Shown here: positions 39,616 through 54,101 of the stretch, one piece after another
Layout of the letters: every line of letters starts with the position of its first letter
Numbering within the stretch: position 1 is the first letter of the stretch
NCBI RefSeq assembly: GCF_031769215.1
Contig: NW_026782299.1
Span: 2,418,001 to 2,482,000 of the forward strand
DNA length: 64,000 nucleotides
DNA from: Ylistrum balloti
Taxonomy: Eukaryota
Direction: 5' to 3'
Notes under the pieces: model-generated
What the model was told of the DNA's origin: nothing
What the model saw: only the letters and a program-made list of their open reading frames with translations
Databases searched by the model: none
Translations under genes and position numbers: made by a program

Positions 39616-41572
39616 AATTACACAGTGCAGTCTGACTACTGCTGGTTTGTAGGCCCTGATTTAATGTAGTATCTTCACGGGAATTTTATACTTTATGAGA
39701 TTTAACAAACTGATCTATAAAGTTGATTCACAGCAAGTTTCGTAAATTAAACAGAAATCATGCAAGATTCTGTTTATCACATGAATAACATTCTTAAAAA
39801 TTACTTTTCAGAAGTATTGGTCGATTTGGAAGGAGTTGATGTCAGCAGGAACAGAGAGGTTTGCGAGGTAGGGAGGATGACAGAAGGAGAGGTATGAGAT
39901 GCTACGGGACGAGAAAAGTTGAAGACAGTAAGGTAAATGTTGTGGACAGGGGCTGAAATGGGCGTGTCAACATTAGTACTTACCGTGTACGAATCACCAT
40001 GCTGTGTGGGCCCGGGGAGCCAGTAAACTCACAGCCGAAACACATAGCATCCCCAAGCTAATACTCTCCAACATGTGGCGGATCCGAGTGTCCGCTATAG
40101 TGTTATGTTTTAGTAGCTTCTCCCTGCACTATAAACAACGGTGTCGTACGCGTAATTTTGGTGCGTTGGGCACGACTGAACATCGTTAATGACAAAGTAA
40201 GAACGCACGCGCACCTTTTTGTATTTTATACCAAATAACACGTAGATAATAAGTCTGCTACTTAGACGAAAACATCCGAGCCATGCATTTGCATTTCTTT
40301 GCATACTCGTCGTGTTTTAGAAGCTTTTTAGTATATAATGTAGCTTCGGAAGTTTGTTTCGACATAAACCCCAGGAGTAATTAAAGAGTATATAGTTAAA
40401 GAGTTACGATACATTGAGTTTTCTTAAGAAGATGAATATGTAACAAATTCAAGCGCGATGCGTTTTCCTCTCACGTGCGATGTAAATGCCTTTAATCTAT
40501 TTATAGATTTACTTTACGGCTTATACACTTTTCCAACTTAAATGCAGTATTTCAGCTTCTATGAATATTGCTTCTTTAATGATTTCTGACTGCACCCAGT
40601 ATATATTACGTAACACCGATCTAATATATCGGTAGTGCTGAAGTTTCCACTCCGGTCGGCCGCTCTAATCTACATTTTGTCAAATTCTGTCTCAAAGTAT
40701 GCAAATCTAATTATTTTCCTAAGTACATTTCATTTTCATTCGAAACGAAAAAAAGATCTGCTGTACTCTACAAAATGGAAGTGTTTAAAAAAAAAAAAAA
40801 CAACTGATGATGATCCAAATTCTGCCTGTTCTTTTTTGCTTTTTTATTCAACAAAATATTTTCAAACATTCCTATATTCCAATACCATGAATCAAATACA
40901 GTATCTATGGGCATATACAAACATTTTATATCATACAGTTGTCAATTTGGCTGTTGTTTCCACTCACCATGCATCAAATGATAAACCTTTCCATAACAAG
41001 GTCGGAAAACGTGTTTTATTTTGATTATGACTTTTTCAATGCAAATTTACAAAGGTGCCACTCCTGTCTATTGTTTAGAATAAAGGCTGATCACAGAGAT
41101 TATATTGTACAACGAAATGTACTATCTGCGGAGACAGCTGTGAGGAGGTCTATGTCAAACATTTTATAGTGATCTCTATTGAAGTGTCACTTGTCGGCGC
41201 GGACACGACACAAAGCTGCACGCCATCATCAGTCCATTGTGGACAGATGTTTACGTCATCTTTTCTCAAACGCATCCCAGGAGACTCGCCAGATTATATT
41301 TGATATTTAATTGAGGTATCAGTAAAAGTGCCCTTAACTTATACCAACAACAGTCCGTTGAATTAACTTATGTGTTCTCGCCGACAACTTAAAGTTTTAG
41401 AAACCAGAAAATAACGTTAATAGAGTTCCTACTGTGTGTTGACTCGCTTTTGGCCTTTAGTTGATTATTCGCCCCTATGATGAAGTCTTCTATGAAGAAA
41501 ACTTGTAGTTTTTTACTCCCTGTTCAGCTTTTGGTAGTATGACAACTGGTTTGGCCATTTTCAGAATTGTGT

Positions 41573-41924
41573 CATTAGGGGTGTGACCAACCCGCATTAG
41601 GGGTGTGACCGAGCGGCATTAGGGGTGTGACCGAGCGGCATTAGGGGTGTGACCAAGCGGCATTAGGGGTGTGACCAAGAGATATTAGAGGTGTGACCGA
41701 GCGGCATTAGGGGTGTGACCAAGATATATTAGAGGTGTGACCGAGCAGCATTAGGGGTGTGACCGAGCCGCATTAGGGGTGTGACCGAGCGGCATTAGGG
41801 GTGTGACCAAGCGGCATTAGGTGTGTGACCAAGAGATATTAGAGGTGTGACCAAGCGGCATTAGGGGTGTGACCAAGAGATATTAGAGGTGTGACCGAGC
41901 GGCATTAGGGGTGTGACCGAGCGG
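41573..41924. repeat. G-rich minisatellite, 21-23 bp unit CATTAGGGGTGTGACCGAGCGG (variant TATTAGAGGTGTGACCAAGAGA), ~16 copies
   Basis: Visible tandem units with two interspersed variants. Confidence 0.96.
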
Positions 41925-42119
41925 TTTGTCCTGCTTGGTACTTTCGGGGATTCGACTTCATTTCTGCACGATCGCAATGACGTTTATGCGAACATATCAC
42001 GACATTACAGTACATCTATCAACACACCTAGCCTCGCATATATAGAGAGTCTGTCCTAAAATTATCATAGTTGTTTATTCTTTATTCGACGACGAACAAT
42101 ACATATACAAACCAAACAT

Positions 42120-42470
42120 TAAAACCATATTATACTGGTCAAACCATATTATACTAGTCCTATTGTCCTAAACCAAACTACGCATGTCCTACTGCAATCC
42201 AGGATACACTGGTTTTATTGTCAAATCATTTAACACATGTCCTACCTACATTACACTGGTCCTACCTTTAAACCACATTACACTGATCCTAGTGTAAATT
42301 CATACTGCACTGGTCCTACTGTCAAACCATATTTCACTCGTCCTATTGTCAAACCTTATTACAATTTTACTATTATCAAATCCTATTGTACTTGTTCTAC
42401 GGTCAAATCATATTACACTGGTCCTACCAGCAAACAATATTACGATAGTCCTATTGTCACTGTCAAATCT
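42120..42470. repeat. Degenerate 27-bp tandem repeat (AAACCATATTACACTGGTCCTACTGTC-like), ~12 units
   Basis: 27-bp units can be aligned; the 3' seven units have no indels, while the 5' units have frame-breaking indels. Confidence 0.75.
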
Positions 42471-42488
42471 TCACACCTGTCTTTGTGC

Positions 42489-45444
42489 CAATGAAGCCTT
42501 CCAAACTAACAACTGTCAACCCCTGACACTGACCCTTCAATGAATCCTTCCAAACTACCAACTGTCAACCCCTAACACTGGCCCTTCAATGAATCCTACC
42601 AAACTACCAACTGTCAACCCCTGACACTGGCCCTTCAATGAATCCTACCAAACTACCAACTGCCAACCCCTGACACTGGCCCTTCAATGAATCCTACCAA
42701 ACTACCAACTGCCAACCCCTAACACTGGCCCTTCAATGAATCCTACCAAACTACCAACTGTCAACCCCTGACACTGACCCTTCAATGAATCCTACCAAAC
42801 TACCAACTGTCAATCCTTACACTGGCCCTTCAATGAATCCTTCCAAACTACCAACTGTCAACCCCTAACACTGACCCTTCAATGAATCCTACCAAACTAC
42901 CAACTGCCAACCCCTAACACTGACCCTTCAATGAATCCTACCAAACTACCAACTGTCAACCCCTAACACTGACCCTTCAATGAATCCTTCCAAACTACCA
43001 ACTGCCAACCCCTAACACTGGCCCTTCAATGAATCCTTCCAAACTACCAACTGTCAACCCCTGACACTGGCCCTTCAATGAATCCTTCCAAACTACCAAC
43101 TGTCAACCCCTAACACTGACCCTTCAATGAATCCTTCCAAACTACCAACTGTCAACCTTTACACTGACCCTTCAATGAATCCTACCAAACTACCAACTGC
43201 CAACCCCTAACACTGACCCTTCAATGAATCCTACCAAACTACCAACTGCCAACCCCTAACACTGACCCTTCAATGAATCCTACCAAACTACCAACTGCCA
43301 ACCCCTAACACTGACCCTTCAATGAATCCTACCAAACTACCAACTGCCAACCCCTAACACTGACCCTTCAATGAATCCTACCAAACTACCAAATGTTAAC
43401 CCTGACACTGACCCTTCAATGAATCCTACCAAACTACCAACTGCCAACCCCTGACACTGACCCTTCAATGAATCCTACCAAACTACCAACTGTCAACCCC
43501 TGACACTGGCCCTTCAATGAATCCTACCAAACTACCAACTGTCAACCTTTACACTGGCCCTTCAATGAATCCTACCAAACTACCAACTGCCAACCCCTAA
43601 CACTGACCCTTCAATGAATCCTACCAAACTACCAACTGCCAACCCCTAACACTGGCCCTTCAATGAATCCTACCAAACTACCAACTGCCAACCCCTAACA
43701 CTGACCCTTCAATGAATCCTACCAAACTACCAACTGCCAACCCCTAACACTGACCCTTCAATGAATCCTACAAACTAAACTGTACCTTACACTGAATCCT
43801 ACCAAACTACCAACTGTCAACCTTTACACTGGCCCTTCAATGAATCCTTCCAAACTACCAACTGTCAATCCTTACACTGGCCCTTCAATGAATCCTTCCA
43901 AACTACCAACTGTCAACCCCTGACACTGACCCTTCAATGAATCCTTCCAAACTACCAAACTACCAACTGTCAACCCCTAACACTGGCCCTTCAATGAATC
44001 CTACCCAACTACCAACTGTCAATCCTTACACTGACCCTTCAATGAATCCTTCCAAACTACCAACTGTTAACCCCTAACACTGACCCTTCAATGAATCCTT
44101 CCAAACTACCAACTGACCCTTCAATGAATCCCCCTCAACCCTTCAATGAATCCTTCCAAACTACCAACTGTCAATCCTTACACTGGCCCTTCAATGAATC
44201 CTACCAAACTACTGTCAACCCCTGACACTGAATCCTTCCAAACTACCAACTGCCAACCCCTAACACTGGCCCTTCAATGAATCCTACCAAACTACCAACT
44301 GTCAACCCCTGACACTGACCCTTCAATGAATCCTACCAAACTACCAACTGTCAACCCCTGACACTGACCCTTCAATGAATCCTACCAAACTACCAACTGT
44401 CAACCCCTGACACTGGCCCTTCAATGAATCCTTCCAAACTACCAACTGTCAACCCCTGACACTGACCCTTCAATGAATCCTTCCAAACTACCAACTGTCA
44501 ACCCCTGACACTGACCCTTCAATGAATCCTTCCAAACTACCAACTGTGAATCCTTCCAACTACCCTGTCAACCCCTGACACACTGAACCCTTCAATGAAC
44601 TCCTACAAACTAAACTGCCAACCCCACACTGGCCCTTCAATGAATCCTACCAAACTACCAACTGTCAACCCCTGACACTGACCCTTCAATGAATCCTTCC
44701 AAACTACCAACTGCCAACCCCTGACACTGGCCCTTCAATGAATCCTACCAAACTACCAACTGTCAACCCCTGACACTGACCCTTCAATGAATCCTACCAA
44801 ACTACCAACTGTCAACCTTTACACTGGCCCTTCAATGAATCCTTCCAAACTACCAACTGTCAACCCCTGACACTGACCCTTCAATGAATCCTACCTAACT
44901 ACCAACTGCCAACCCCTGACACTGACCCTTCAATGAATCCTACCAAACTACCAACTGTCAACTACTTCAACTGTCAATCCTTACACTGGCCCTTCTGCTT
45001 CAATGAATCCTTCCAAACTACCAACTGCCAACCCCTGACACTGGCCCTTCAATGAATCCTTCCAAACTACCAACTGTCAACCTTTACACTGACCCTTCAA
45101 TGAATCCTACCCAACTACCAACTGTTAACCCTGACACTGACCCTTCAATGAATCCTTCCAAACTACCAACTGAATCCTACCAAACTACCAACTGTCAACC
45201 CCTGACACTGGCCCTTCAATGAATCCTACCAAACTACCAACTGCCAACCCCTAACACTGACCCTTCAATGAATCCTACCAAACTACCAACTGTCAACCCC
45301 TAACACTGACCCTTCAATGAATCCTACCAAACTACCAACTGTCAATCCTTACACTGGCCCTTCAATGAATCTTACCAAACTACCAACTGTCAATCCTTAC
45401 ACTGGGCCTTCAATGAATCCTACCAAACTACCAACTGTCATCCT
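42489..45444. repeat. Minisatellite, 49 bp unit CTTCAATGAATCCTACCAAACTACCAACTGTCAACCCCTGACACTGACC, ~60 copies
   Basis: TGAATCC recurs at 42541 and 42590 (period 49) and throughout; the + strand is G-poor. Confidence 0.98.
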
Positions 45445-48142
45445 TGTAGCTCAAAGATTGCGGCCATCTTTCTGATTACAGCAGATGATCCACATCGGCA
45501 TTAGAGAATGATATCATAACGACATGCTAGAATATGTCATCGACATGTGAAGAATACGATTATCATTGAAACATATTACGGTTCATTTTTCTCCCCTTTA
45601 AGTGAGTTTGTCGGTAACGTCATTATGTCGATATGAGACGATACAGTGGGCGATATCCAAAATCACAGCTAAATTGAATGATATTACATGTTAGTTTCTC
45701 CTTCCTTTACTGGATAATTCTATAGTGAATGATACATATATCCAAATCTCCATTTAAAAGAAACGCACTGACAACTTCGGATAAGTTTCCTGTCATGATC
45801 TCTTGTCGATGCTTCTCCCCAATTTCTGTTGTTTTTATCGATCTACTCCAGTGAATAAATGCCTTTACCATTCAGAGAGAGACAAGACAAATTTCAGGGA
45901 TGCATACAAGGAATCAATATTTACAAAAAATAGACAGATTACCCACACAAATTCCTCGACCAACATCCTGACCCGAAACTATTGACAACTTGACAGGAAA
46001 TGGGCGGGACTCTACGTTATCGATAATTGAAAGGTGCAGTTTGGATTGGCTAAGGCTCAAATTATCTTAGAATGAGGATAGTATGTTTGTTTCTATATCA
46101 CGTACTTTGATGTATTAACACTCAACAAATTCTGCAATATTGCCAAATTGATTAATCATGCGATAAAAATTATCTGAACTTAAAATATTAAATATTATTT
46201 TTAAAAAAACACGTAACATTTCTTTTATGAATTACATAATAGTTGCGAGATCATGAAAGATTCTATGTTGATCACATCAGTGTAATAAACCGATAAGACA
46301 AATTATTTTCAAACGCTAGGTTAAACCTAACAGTAATGCTGACGAAATCCATTGTTTCATTGTGGCGTCATAGCATAAGGGCACTATCTGTTTTGTGATG
46401 TTTTATGATAAAGTTGGTCTTATACCAGTCATTTAAAATTATTTTTCATTAACTCCTATAATTCTTCTTTTGTTTTTCTAATCTCAATCGTGGATCGGTA
46501 ATTTGAAGATAATTGTTCCATAAATATCATACGAGACGCAGACTCATTTAAGACCCATCATTTTCCGTCTGGAAAATCTGCAACATATTACCTTCATGTG
46601 CATTGTTTCTATAAAGTTATAATTTTAAAAAGGAATAGTATATAATTTTCTTATTCAACAATGATGCGTTACACGTATAATTGTTATGTGATTGTTTCTC
46701 ACGAAACATAAACCAAGTACGATATTGGATGCACTTAAGCAACTTATATATTCAGCAAAGAATTACACTGCTTAATCCTCACTCACGTAATGTTTTCTCT
46801 GTGGAACATTAACCTTCCAAGACGATACGACAGAGTTGACCTCAGATGTCATACTGACTTAACCTCACGTTTTTCTGAAGGTTATCGGTTTCAGACACAC
46901 ATGACCCTAGACCGCAGAGGACCACTAGATTGTTATCAGCCCCTAGGGAGTCCCTCAACGGTAAACAAATCCTTTCTCATTTGGAAACAAATTAGAGCTG
47001 ACTGTCACGTGACATTGAGCTACTGTCATATGTGAAGAACAATTTGAGTTTAGAGATAAATTCTCTAGTTAGTAATATGATAAAATGTCATCTTTGTGTG
47101 ATATTTTAAGACATAATACTGCATATTTGCGTTATGTTGGTTAAATTTTTGTATGTTTGGCATTCTGTAATTTGATCGCGAAAGGTTCGGGATACCTTCA
47201 AAGGAAATATGAGGGTTTCTTTATATCGACTGTGTTCAAAAGATCAGACTAAAGGCATGCTAGTGAATAGTACATTTCAATACAAATTGAGAACTAGATA
47301 CTGTAGAACCAAACAATGAGATAAACAAGCACTATGTTTTGTCATAAATCAGTAATGCTAAGGGCCTAAAATTTAAAAACCCAGCGGGGAGGTGCATTTA
47401 CACTATGTTCAATAAATTTAGTAATCGTCTGATGATCAAAGAAAAGTTAAGTGCATGTGTATATTCTTAACTTTGCCACAATTCGTATGAATTAAAACGT
47501 GGCATGCAGGTACAATAGTGGAAGGTAACATTTAGTTAATTCTTTTTTGATAAATGAATAAATAAGATCTGCATTGCGAAGTAGTATCTGCCTGTTTCCT
47601 GATACCATAAAACAGAGGTAAAATGTGATACATGTCAATCTTTAGAAATAAACATAAACTTTCCAAACATATTTACATCAAAGTATTGCTTTGAATAGTA
47701 TTGAAATATCAACATGATGTCAAAGTGCCTGTGTGTTTTGTTTTGTTTTTCTGAAGACAGACATATTATCAATTTATCTCTTAATTTCAAACAAACTGAT
47801 TTCTATATAAAGTGCTTGTGCATTATTGAATTTAGTTGATATAAGTACTTACGGGCACGAATAATTGACAAAGAAATATGAGGAGTACAACTGATTTAGA
47901 GCTATTTCTAAGCGAATGTTTTAATTAGTTGGACAACTACTAATACAGTCTACAGAAGCAATCACCTTATATACTATATCGAACATCTTAACGATCTGGA
48001 AAAGAGATTACGCTATATTTATAATTGTTTGATATTTTTCAATATTTGAAATGAAATGACTGTTTAATGTGTATCTATTTTAGTTCGTGTTAAGAGCAGA
48101 AAAGAGAATGCTTTGATATTGGAAACCAGATGATCCAACAAG

Positions 48143-50160
48143 CAGATAGCTGATGAAAGAGATAGGAGCCAACAGATAGCTGATGAAAGAGATAGGAGCC
48201 AACAGATAACAGATTAAAGATACAGGAACCAGTAGATAACAGATTAAAGAGATAGGAACCAGTAGATAACAGATTAAAGAAATAGGAACCAGTAGATAAC
48301 AGATTAAAGAAATAGGAACCAGTAGATAACAGATTAAAGATACAGGAACAAACAGATAACAGATTAAAGAAATAGGAACCAGTAGATAACAGATTAAAGA
48401 GATAGGAACAAACAGATAACAGATTAAAGAAATAGGAACCAACAGATAACAGATTAAAGAGATAGGAACCAGTAGATAACAGATTAAAGAAATAGGAACC
48501 AGTAGATAACAGATTAAAGAAATAGGAACCAGTAGATAACAGATTAAAGAGATAGGAACCAGTAGATAACACATTAAAGAAATAGGAACCAGTAGATAAC
48601 AGATTAAAGATAGGAACCAGTAGATAACAGATTAAAGAGATAACAGATTAAAGAAATAGGAACCAGTAGATAACAGATTAAAGAAGATAGGAACCAGTAG
48701 ATAACAGATTAAAGAAATAGGAACCAGTAGATAACAGATTAAAGAAATAGGAACCAGTAGATAACAGATAAAAGAAATAGGAACCAGTAGATAACAGATT
48801 AAAGAAATAGGAACCAGTAGATAACAGATTAAAGAAATAGGAACCAGTAGATAACAGATTAAAGACACAGGAACAAATAGGAACCAGTAGATAACAGATT
48901 AAAGAAATAGGAACCAGTAGATAACAGATTAAAGAAATAGGAACCAGTAGATAACAGATTAAAGAAATAGGAACCAACAGATAACAGATAACAGATTAAA
49001 GAACAGATAACAGATTAAAGAAATAGGAACCAGTAGATAACAGATTAAAGAAATAGGAACCAGTAGATAACAGATTAAAGATACAGGAACAAACAGATAA
49101 CAGATTAAAGAAATAGGAACCAGTAGATAACAGATTAAAGAAATAGGAACCAGTAGATAACAGATTAAAGAAATAGGAACCAGTAGATAACAGATTAAAG
49201 AGATAGGAACCAGTAGATAACATATTAAAGAGATAGGAAACAGTAGATAACAGATTAAAGAAATAGGAACCAGTAGATAACAGATTAAAGAAATAGGAAC
49301 CAGTAGATAACAGATTAAAGAAATAGGAACCAACAGATAACAGATTAAAGAGATAGGAACCAGTAGATAACAGATTAAAGAAATAGGAACCAGTAGATAA
49401 CAGATTAAAGATACAGGAACAAACAGATAACAGATTAAAGAAACAGGAACCAGTAGATAACAGATTAAAGAAATAGGAACCAACAGATAACAGATTAAAG
49501 AAACAGGAACCAGTAGATAACAGATTAAAGAAATAGGAACCAGTAGATAACAGATTAAAGATACAGGAACCAACAGATAACAGATTAAAGAGATAGGAAC
49601 AAACACATAACAGATTAAAGAAATAGGAACCAGTAGATAACAGATTAAAGAGATAGGAACCAGTAGATAACAGATTAAAGATACAGGAACCAACAGATAA
49701 CAGATTAAAGAAACAGGAACCAGTAGATAACAGATTAAAGAAATAGGAACAGATTAACAGAAGATACAGGAACCAACAGATAACAGATTAAAGAAATAGG
49801 AACCAGTAGATAACAGATTAAAGAGATAGGAACCAGTAGATAACAGATTAAAGAAACAGGAACCAGTAGATAATAGATTAAAGAGATAGGAACCAGTAGA
49901 TAACAGATTAAAGAAATAGGAACCAACAGATAACAGATTAAAGAGATAGGAACCAGTAGATAACAGATTAAAGAAATAGGAACCAACAGATAACAGATTA
50001 AAGAAATAGGAACCAGTAGATAACAGATTAAAGAAATAGGAACCAACAGATAACAGATTAAAGAAATAGGAACCAGTAGATAACAGATTAAAGATACAGG
50101 AACCAACAGATAACAGATTAAAGAGATAGGAACCAACAAATAACAGATTAAAGAAATAGG
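48143..50160. repeat. Purine-rich minisatellite, 30 bp unit AGATAACAGATTAAAGAAATAGGAACCAGT, ~67 copies
   Basis: Exact 30-bp phase; produces the spurious (LICYLLVPIS)n and (FFNLLSTGSY)n minus-strand ORFs. Confidence 0.98.
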
Positions 50161-51787
50161 CAAAAGCCCCACAGGATCTGCTGATGTCACACGAGGCAAG
50201 CAGAATGTGGCCAATGGAGAAACAGACAGCAGAAGAGTTTTCATCTGAAAGGTTATTAAGATGATTAAAACCGGTTCTCCAAAAATCTACCTTAGTTACG
50301 TGATCAACAGCATCTTACAATATGTTCTACTTAAAATAATATTTACGAAACACATTAAACCATTATATCGAACTCCCGGTCAGACAAAATGAAGCATTCG
50401 TGACATGAAATGAACTATATTTGTATATACGTTACAGATGTAATAAATGTACTTAACTGGTGGATATGTAATAACAACCAGAGTGGCTATGACATCCTTC
50501 TGTTTATATATATAACACACAGCACCCCAGATTGTTCTCATAAATCAAACTGCGACCTCTTTACGAGAGATTTCTGAATATATGAAAGTATAAGATATGT
50601 CACTCCTTTTACATATCAGTTAAGACATCATGAAATGATGGCAACAATATCGCTGTTAATGGTATCTTCTTCCTTTCAAACCTGTCATTCTCGATGTCTC
50701 GGAAGGCCGTTCGGAACAAGTTTGGCATTACTGATAAAACTTGGAACAAGTGTTATCTCGATATGTCAACCCAGAAACATACCATCACATTCTGTAACAC
50801 CGATTGTTTAACATCAATTTTCGGAAGGATTGTCAAACTGCTTTTATCGGATAGAGCTAGTTTCCCTTGAGAAAAGTAGAAGGACGCGAGGAGATTGACA
50901 TTTATTGCTATGTAAAATGTATTTTAGCAAATTCGGCTTTTATCCTAGGTATGACTTAACCGGGTCAATGGGTTGTATAAAGGACACATAACTAAATAAC
51001 ACAATTAGATACACAATTTTTACTTATAAATACAGTATTGCCAAATAATGAATTAAAAATGTGTTCCCGTAAAAATAAATACGCAACTTTATTTCACATA
51101 CAATTCAAAAATTTGTTTTCCAATAAAAAAAAATTAGAAAATACATTAAATTTATCAAGACCTTTTAAAATTTACATTAAAATCCATGTGTTACCTATCT
51201 AATGTGTTTTGGTATTGAAATTTCGTTGAAAGGAAGACCGATGTCGCAACGTTTTGCATTGTTGTAAATATTAAATCAAACATTTTCTTAGACTCAATTT
51301 TACTCGAAAATAATAAATATATTTTAAACTATTCTATGGTCAAAAATATACAATTGGAATTTTGTGATAATATAAACGCTTGCTACCTATTTTGACGTCA
51401 TAAATACATAAATCATGAAAATGACAGGTAAATCCCATCTCCGATAGGTGTTAAAATGCTTGATATTATATAGTAACACATTTTACTTGTTGTACGGTCT
51501 GACGTTTACATCAGGATAAATAGATCAAAATGAATCAGTGATGTCCAGGGGGCGTGTATCTAGGAAATATATGACATATGTAGTGTCATCTGTCTCGTTG
51601 TAGACTCTTAAATATTTCCATTTAAATTTCTGACTTCCTTTTTATTTTTCTGTTTTTTTTTCTGTTCTATAATTTTGTAAAATATAATATGTACTGGTCA
51701 TTGTAAGGTCATTGCTATGCTTTGCATTTGTAAACTTGTATTATAGCACATTGATAAGTTGTAATAATTTGCGTGATAACCTCTTTG

Positions 51788-52055
51788 TTTGACATGAAGC
51801 TGGACGTATTTGATGCTCATTAGTTTGCCTGTTGAATCGGTTGTTGTATACCTTGTCCTCATTTGAGAACGTGACATTACTTACTTGGACTGACCAAGGT
51901 TTATATGGCGGGTGTTGTCAATGAAGCAGAATACTCTTACTCTTCCGGAACACGTCGTCTTATAATCCCTGTACTTTTTCAGGAGTGTCCGTTTAACTCT
52001 TTCCTTTGTTCATATTTTGCCCTAGTTATATGGAAATTTAGTTTGAATTATTATA
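51788..52055 (+). mobile_element. Dispersed repeat copy 3 (probable Penelope-like 3' end)
   Basis: Homologous to 9072-9300 in the opposite orientation; contains GGCGGGTGTTGTC...CTTACTCTTCCGGAACAC followed by a T-rich tail. Confidence 0.6.
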
Positions 52056-54101
52056 TCATATCCATCTGAAGCCACGTCTGTAATAGTTGAATGAGACTGA
52101 GAACGGTGTACTTCTGACGTCATCATTACATATTTATAGTAACACATGTCAATAACTCTTATTCATGACATTCCATATATCTATATTATCACAAAATCAC
52201 AAAAAAGAAATGATGAGAAAACAGAACTCCAACACTGCAGCTGAGATTAATCGATAAGAAGGATTGAACGCAAGAGTTATCTTTCTTGCTTTGCGAGTTC
52301 AGCCAAAAAAAAATCCTTCAATCGGACACGATACCAACACATTGCTATGTGGACACGAAACATCGCACATCAACATCCTTCGCATTGCGTGATAATAAAG
52401 CTATATCTTCTTATCTTCTTAAGTAATTATATCATCAATAAGAATTAGAAATATCAATAGCAGCATTTCACTTTTCATCATTACGGTCTTACGTCTTTGT
52501 ACTTCAATATTTTTATCATCGCCTTTTCTGCTAAATGTCCCCTGTTGCATCACTCAGTTACTCAGTCGCAAAAATGGGGAAAATGATTCTCAAGCAATGG
52601 TAACGAAAAATGTAACTCGTGGACTTAACGTTGACCAAAGTAATTACATCTCTCAAGCAGATACTACAAATTTTAACCTTTATCATTACGAAATGTTTGT
52701 TTTAGAAAACATTGAATCTGTCTTATAGATTCAGAAAATTCCTCATTACCGTGAAAAATATTTTATCGAGTATTCTATAGAAAATGTACATGTCGTGAGA
52801 CGCTCAACACAAGTTTTATAAGATTAACATTTCCAGCATTATGACAATAAAGATGGGTATAAAAGAAATTCTTCAACCACAAAGTCATTAAGCCGAACAA
52901 CATCCACAAGTCATTACCTAACTGAGGAATCAGCTATCAAAACAAAGCATAAAAATAGGTATTGTAAATGAAAAATATTCTAAATTCAACGTTTCAGCAT
53001 TTTCTAGAATACTAGGAGGGAATAAAACAAACATACTGACTTTTTTGTGAAATCCTTGATTTTCATGGATGATTTATTTTCGTTCCTTTCGTGGAAAGAC
53101 GAATCAATTAACTGTTATAGTTAGTTTTTGTTGATTGACGGTAAAAACTACATTCCGCAATGAAAAATGTTTTACCACTTATTGTATGAATGATAACATA
53201 ATAAAATGTTATTTTTATGAATATTAAAGAAACTCATAAAGAATATAAACTATTAAGCATGGTACTTAGTTTGTTATAACCACCAAATTCGTAAATTTTA
53301 AAACTAAATACCAAGGTTTTTATTCAAAATTTAAAAAAGAGTAAATCTTTTCCTTTCTTGTTTTTGAGCGTATAAACTATAAAAATGACTGTTAAAACCA
53401 ATCTCTCAGATGAAAAGGAAAATGTAGTATTAGGATATTAAAAGAATGTCAAGGGCCATGGGACATTCCCGTAGATTTGGTAAAACATTGCTTGTGAAAT
53501 AATCCGATTACTCCCAACCTGATTCCTACTAAACATTGTAGTATTGATACAAATAATAATAAAGAAATAATACTTTCAACAAAAAAAAACAAAAACAAAA
53601 ACAAAACAAAAAAAAATGTCTTGCTTTTACATACATCAGTATAACTGTTATTCTGATGAAATAAGATGTTTTGTCGAACAGTACGAAAACCACCTAGACA
53701 AGATGTTTAATTTTAAAAATTCATACAGTTTGTCCCAGTTTGAACACCTGGTTTCGTCAGGTGATGACTAATTTGTCATTTGTTGTTTATTTCGGTTGCT
53801 ATTTGGATACATATCCTTACCTATTTTACTTATATTTTACTTGGTATCTACCTTTCCTGTATGTTTCCTGAAGACCGGTGATTATCTCACTTCTTTCAGA
53901 ACACCACTCAATGCTTCTAACTTCAAATCAGATGGAATCGAGTTGTGTTATGAATAACTTTTCATTATCATGTACTTACTGAGAGAGCTAATCTACTTTA
54001 ACACACATATTTATAAACGAGTTGTGTATACGTCCTGTAGTAGTACAGTGAGATGTAATGATAGAAATCCATCACTAACACCCTTGTATCGCTATGGACA
54101 G

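Noticed and set aside
41170-41250. Minus-strand CTGATGA flanked by small hairpins (hammerhead ribozyme candidate)
   Set aside because: GACA instead of GAAA after stem II, no NUH cleavage triplet and no stem III pairing.
41573-45444. TTAGGG in the 22-bp units facing CCCTAA in many 49-bp units, suggesting a telomere-fusion relic
   Set aside because: Only one hexamer per longer monomer and no (TTAGGG)n run; expected by chance in G- or C-rich monomers.
48080-50160. Hydrophobic (LICYLLVPIS)n / (FFNLLSTGSY)n ORFs up to 244 aa
   Set aside because: Products of a 30-bp minisatellite; two overlapping frames are equally open and are broken by array indels.
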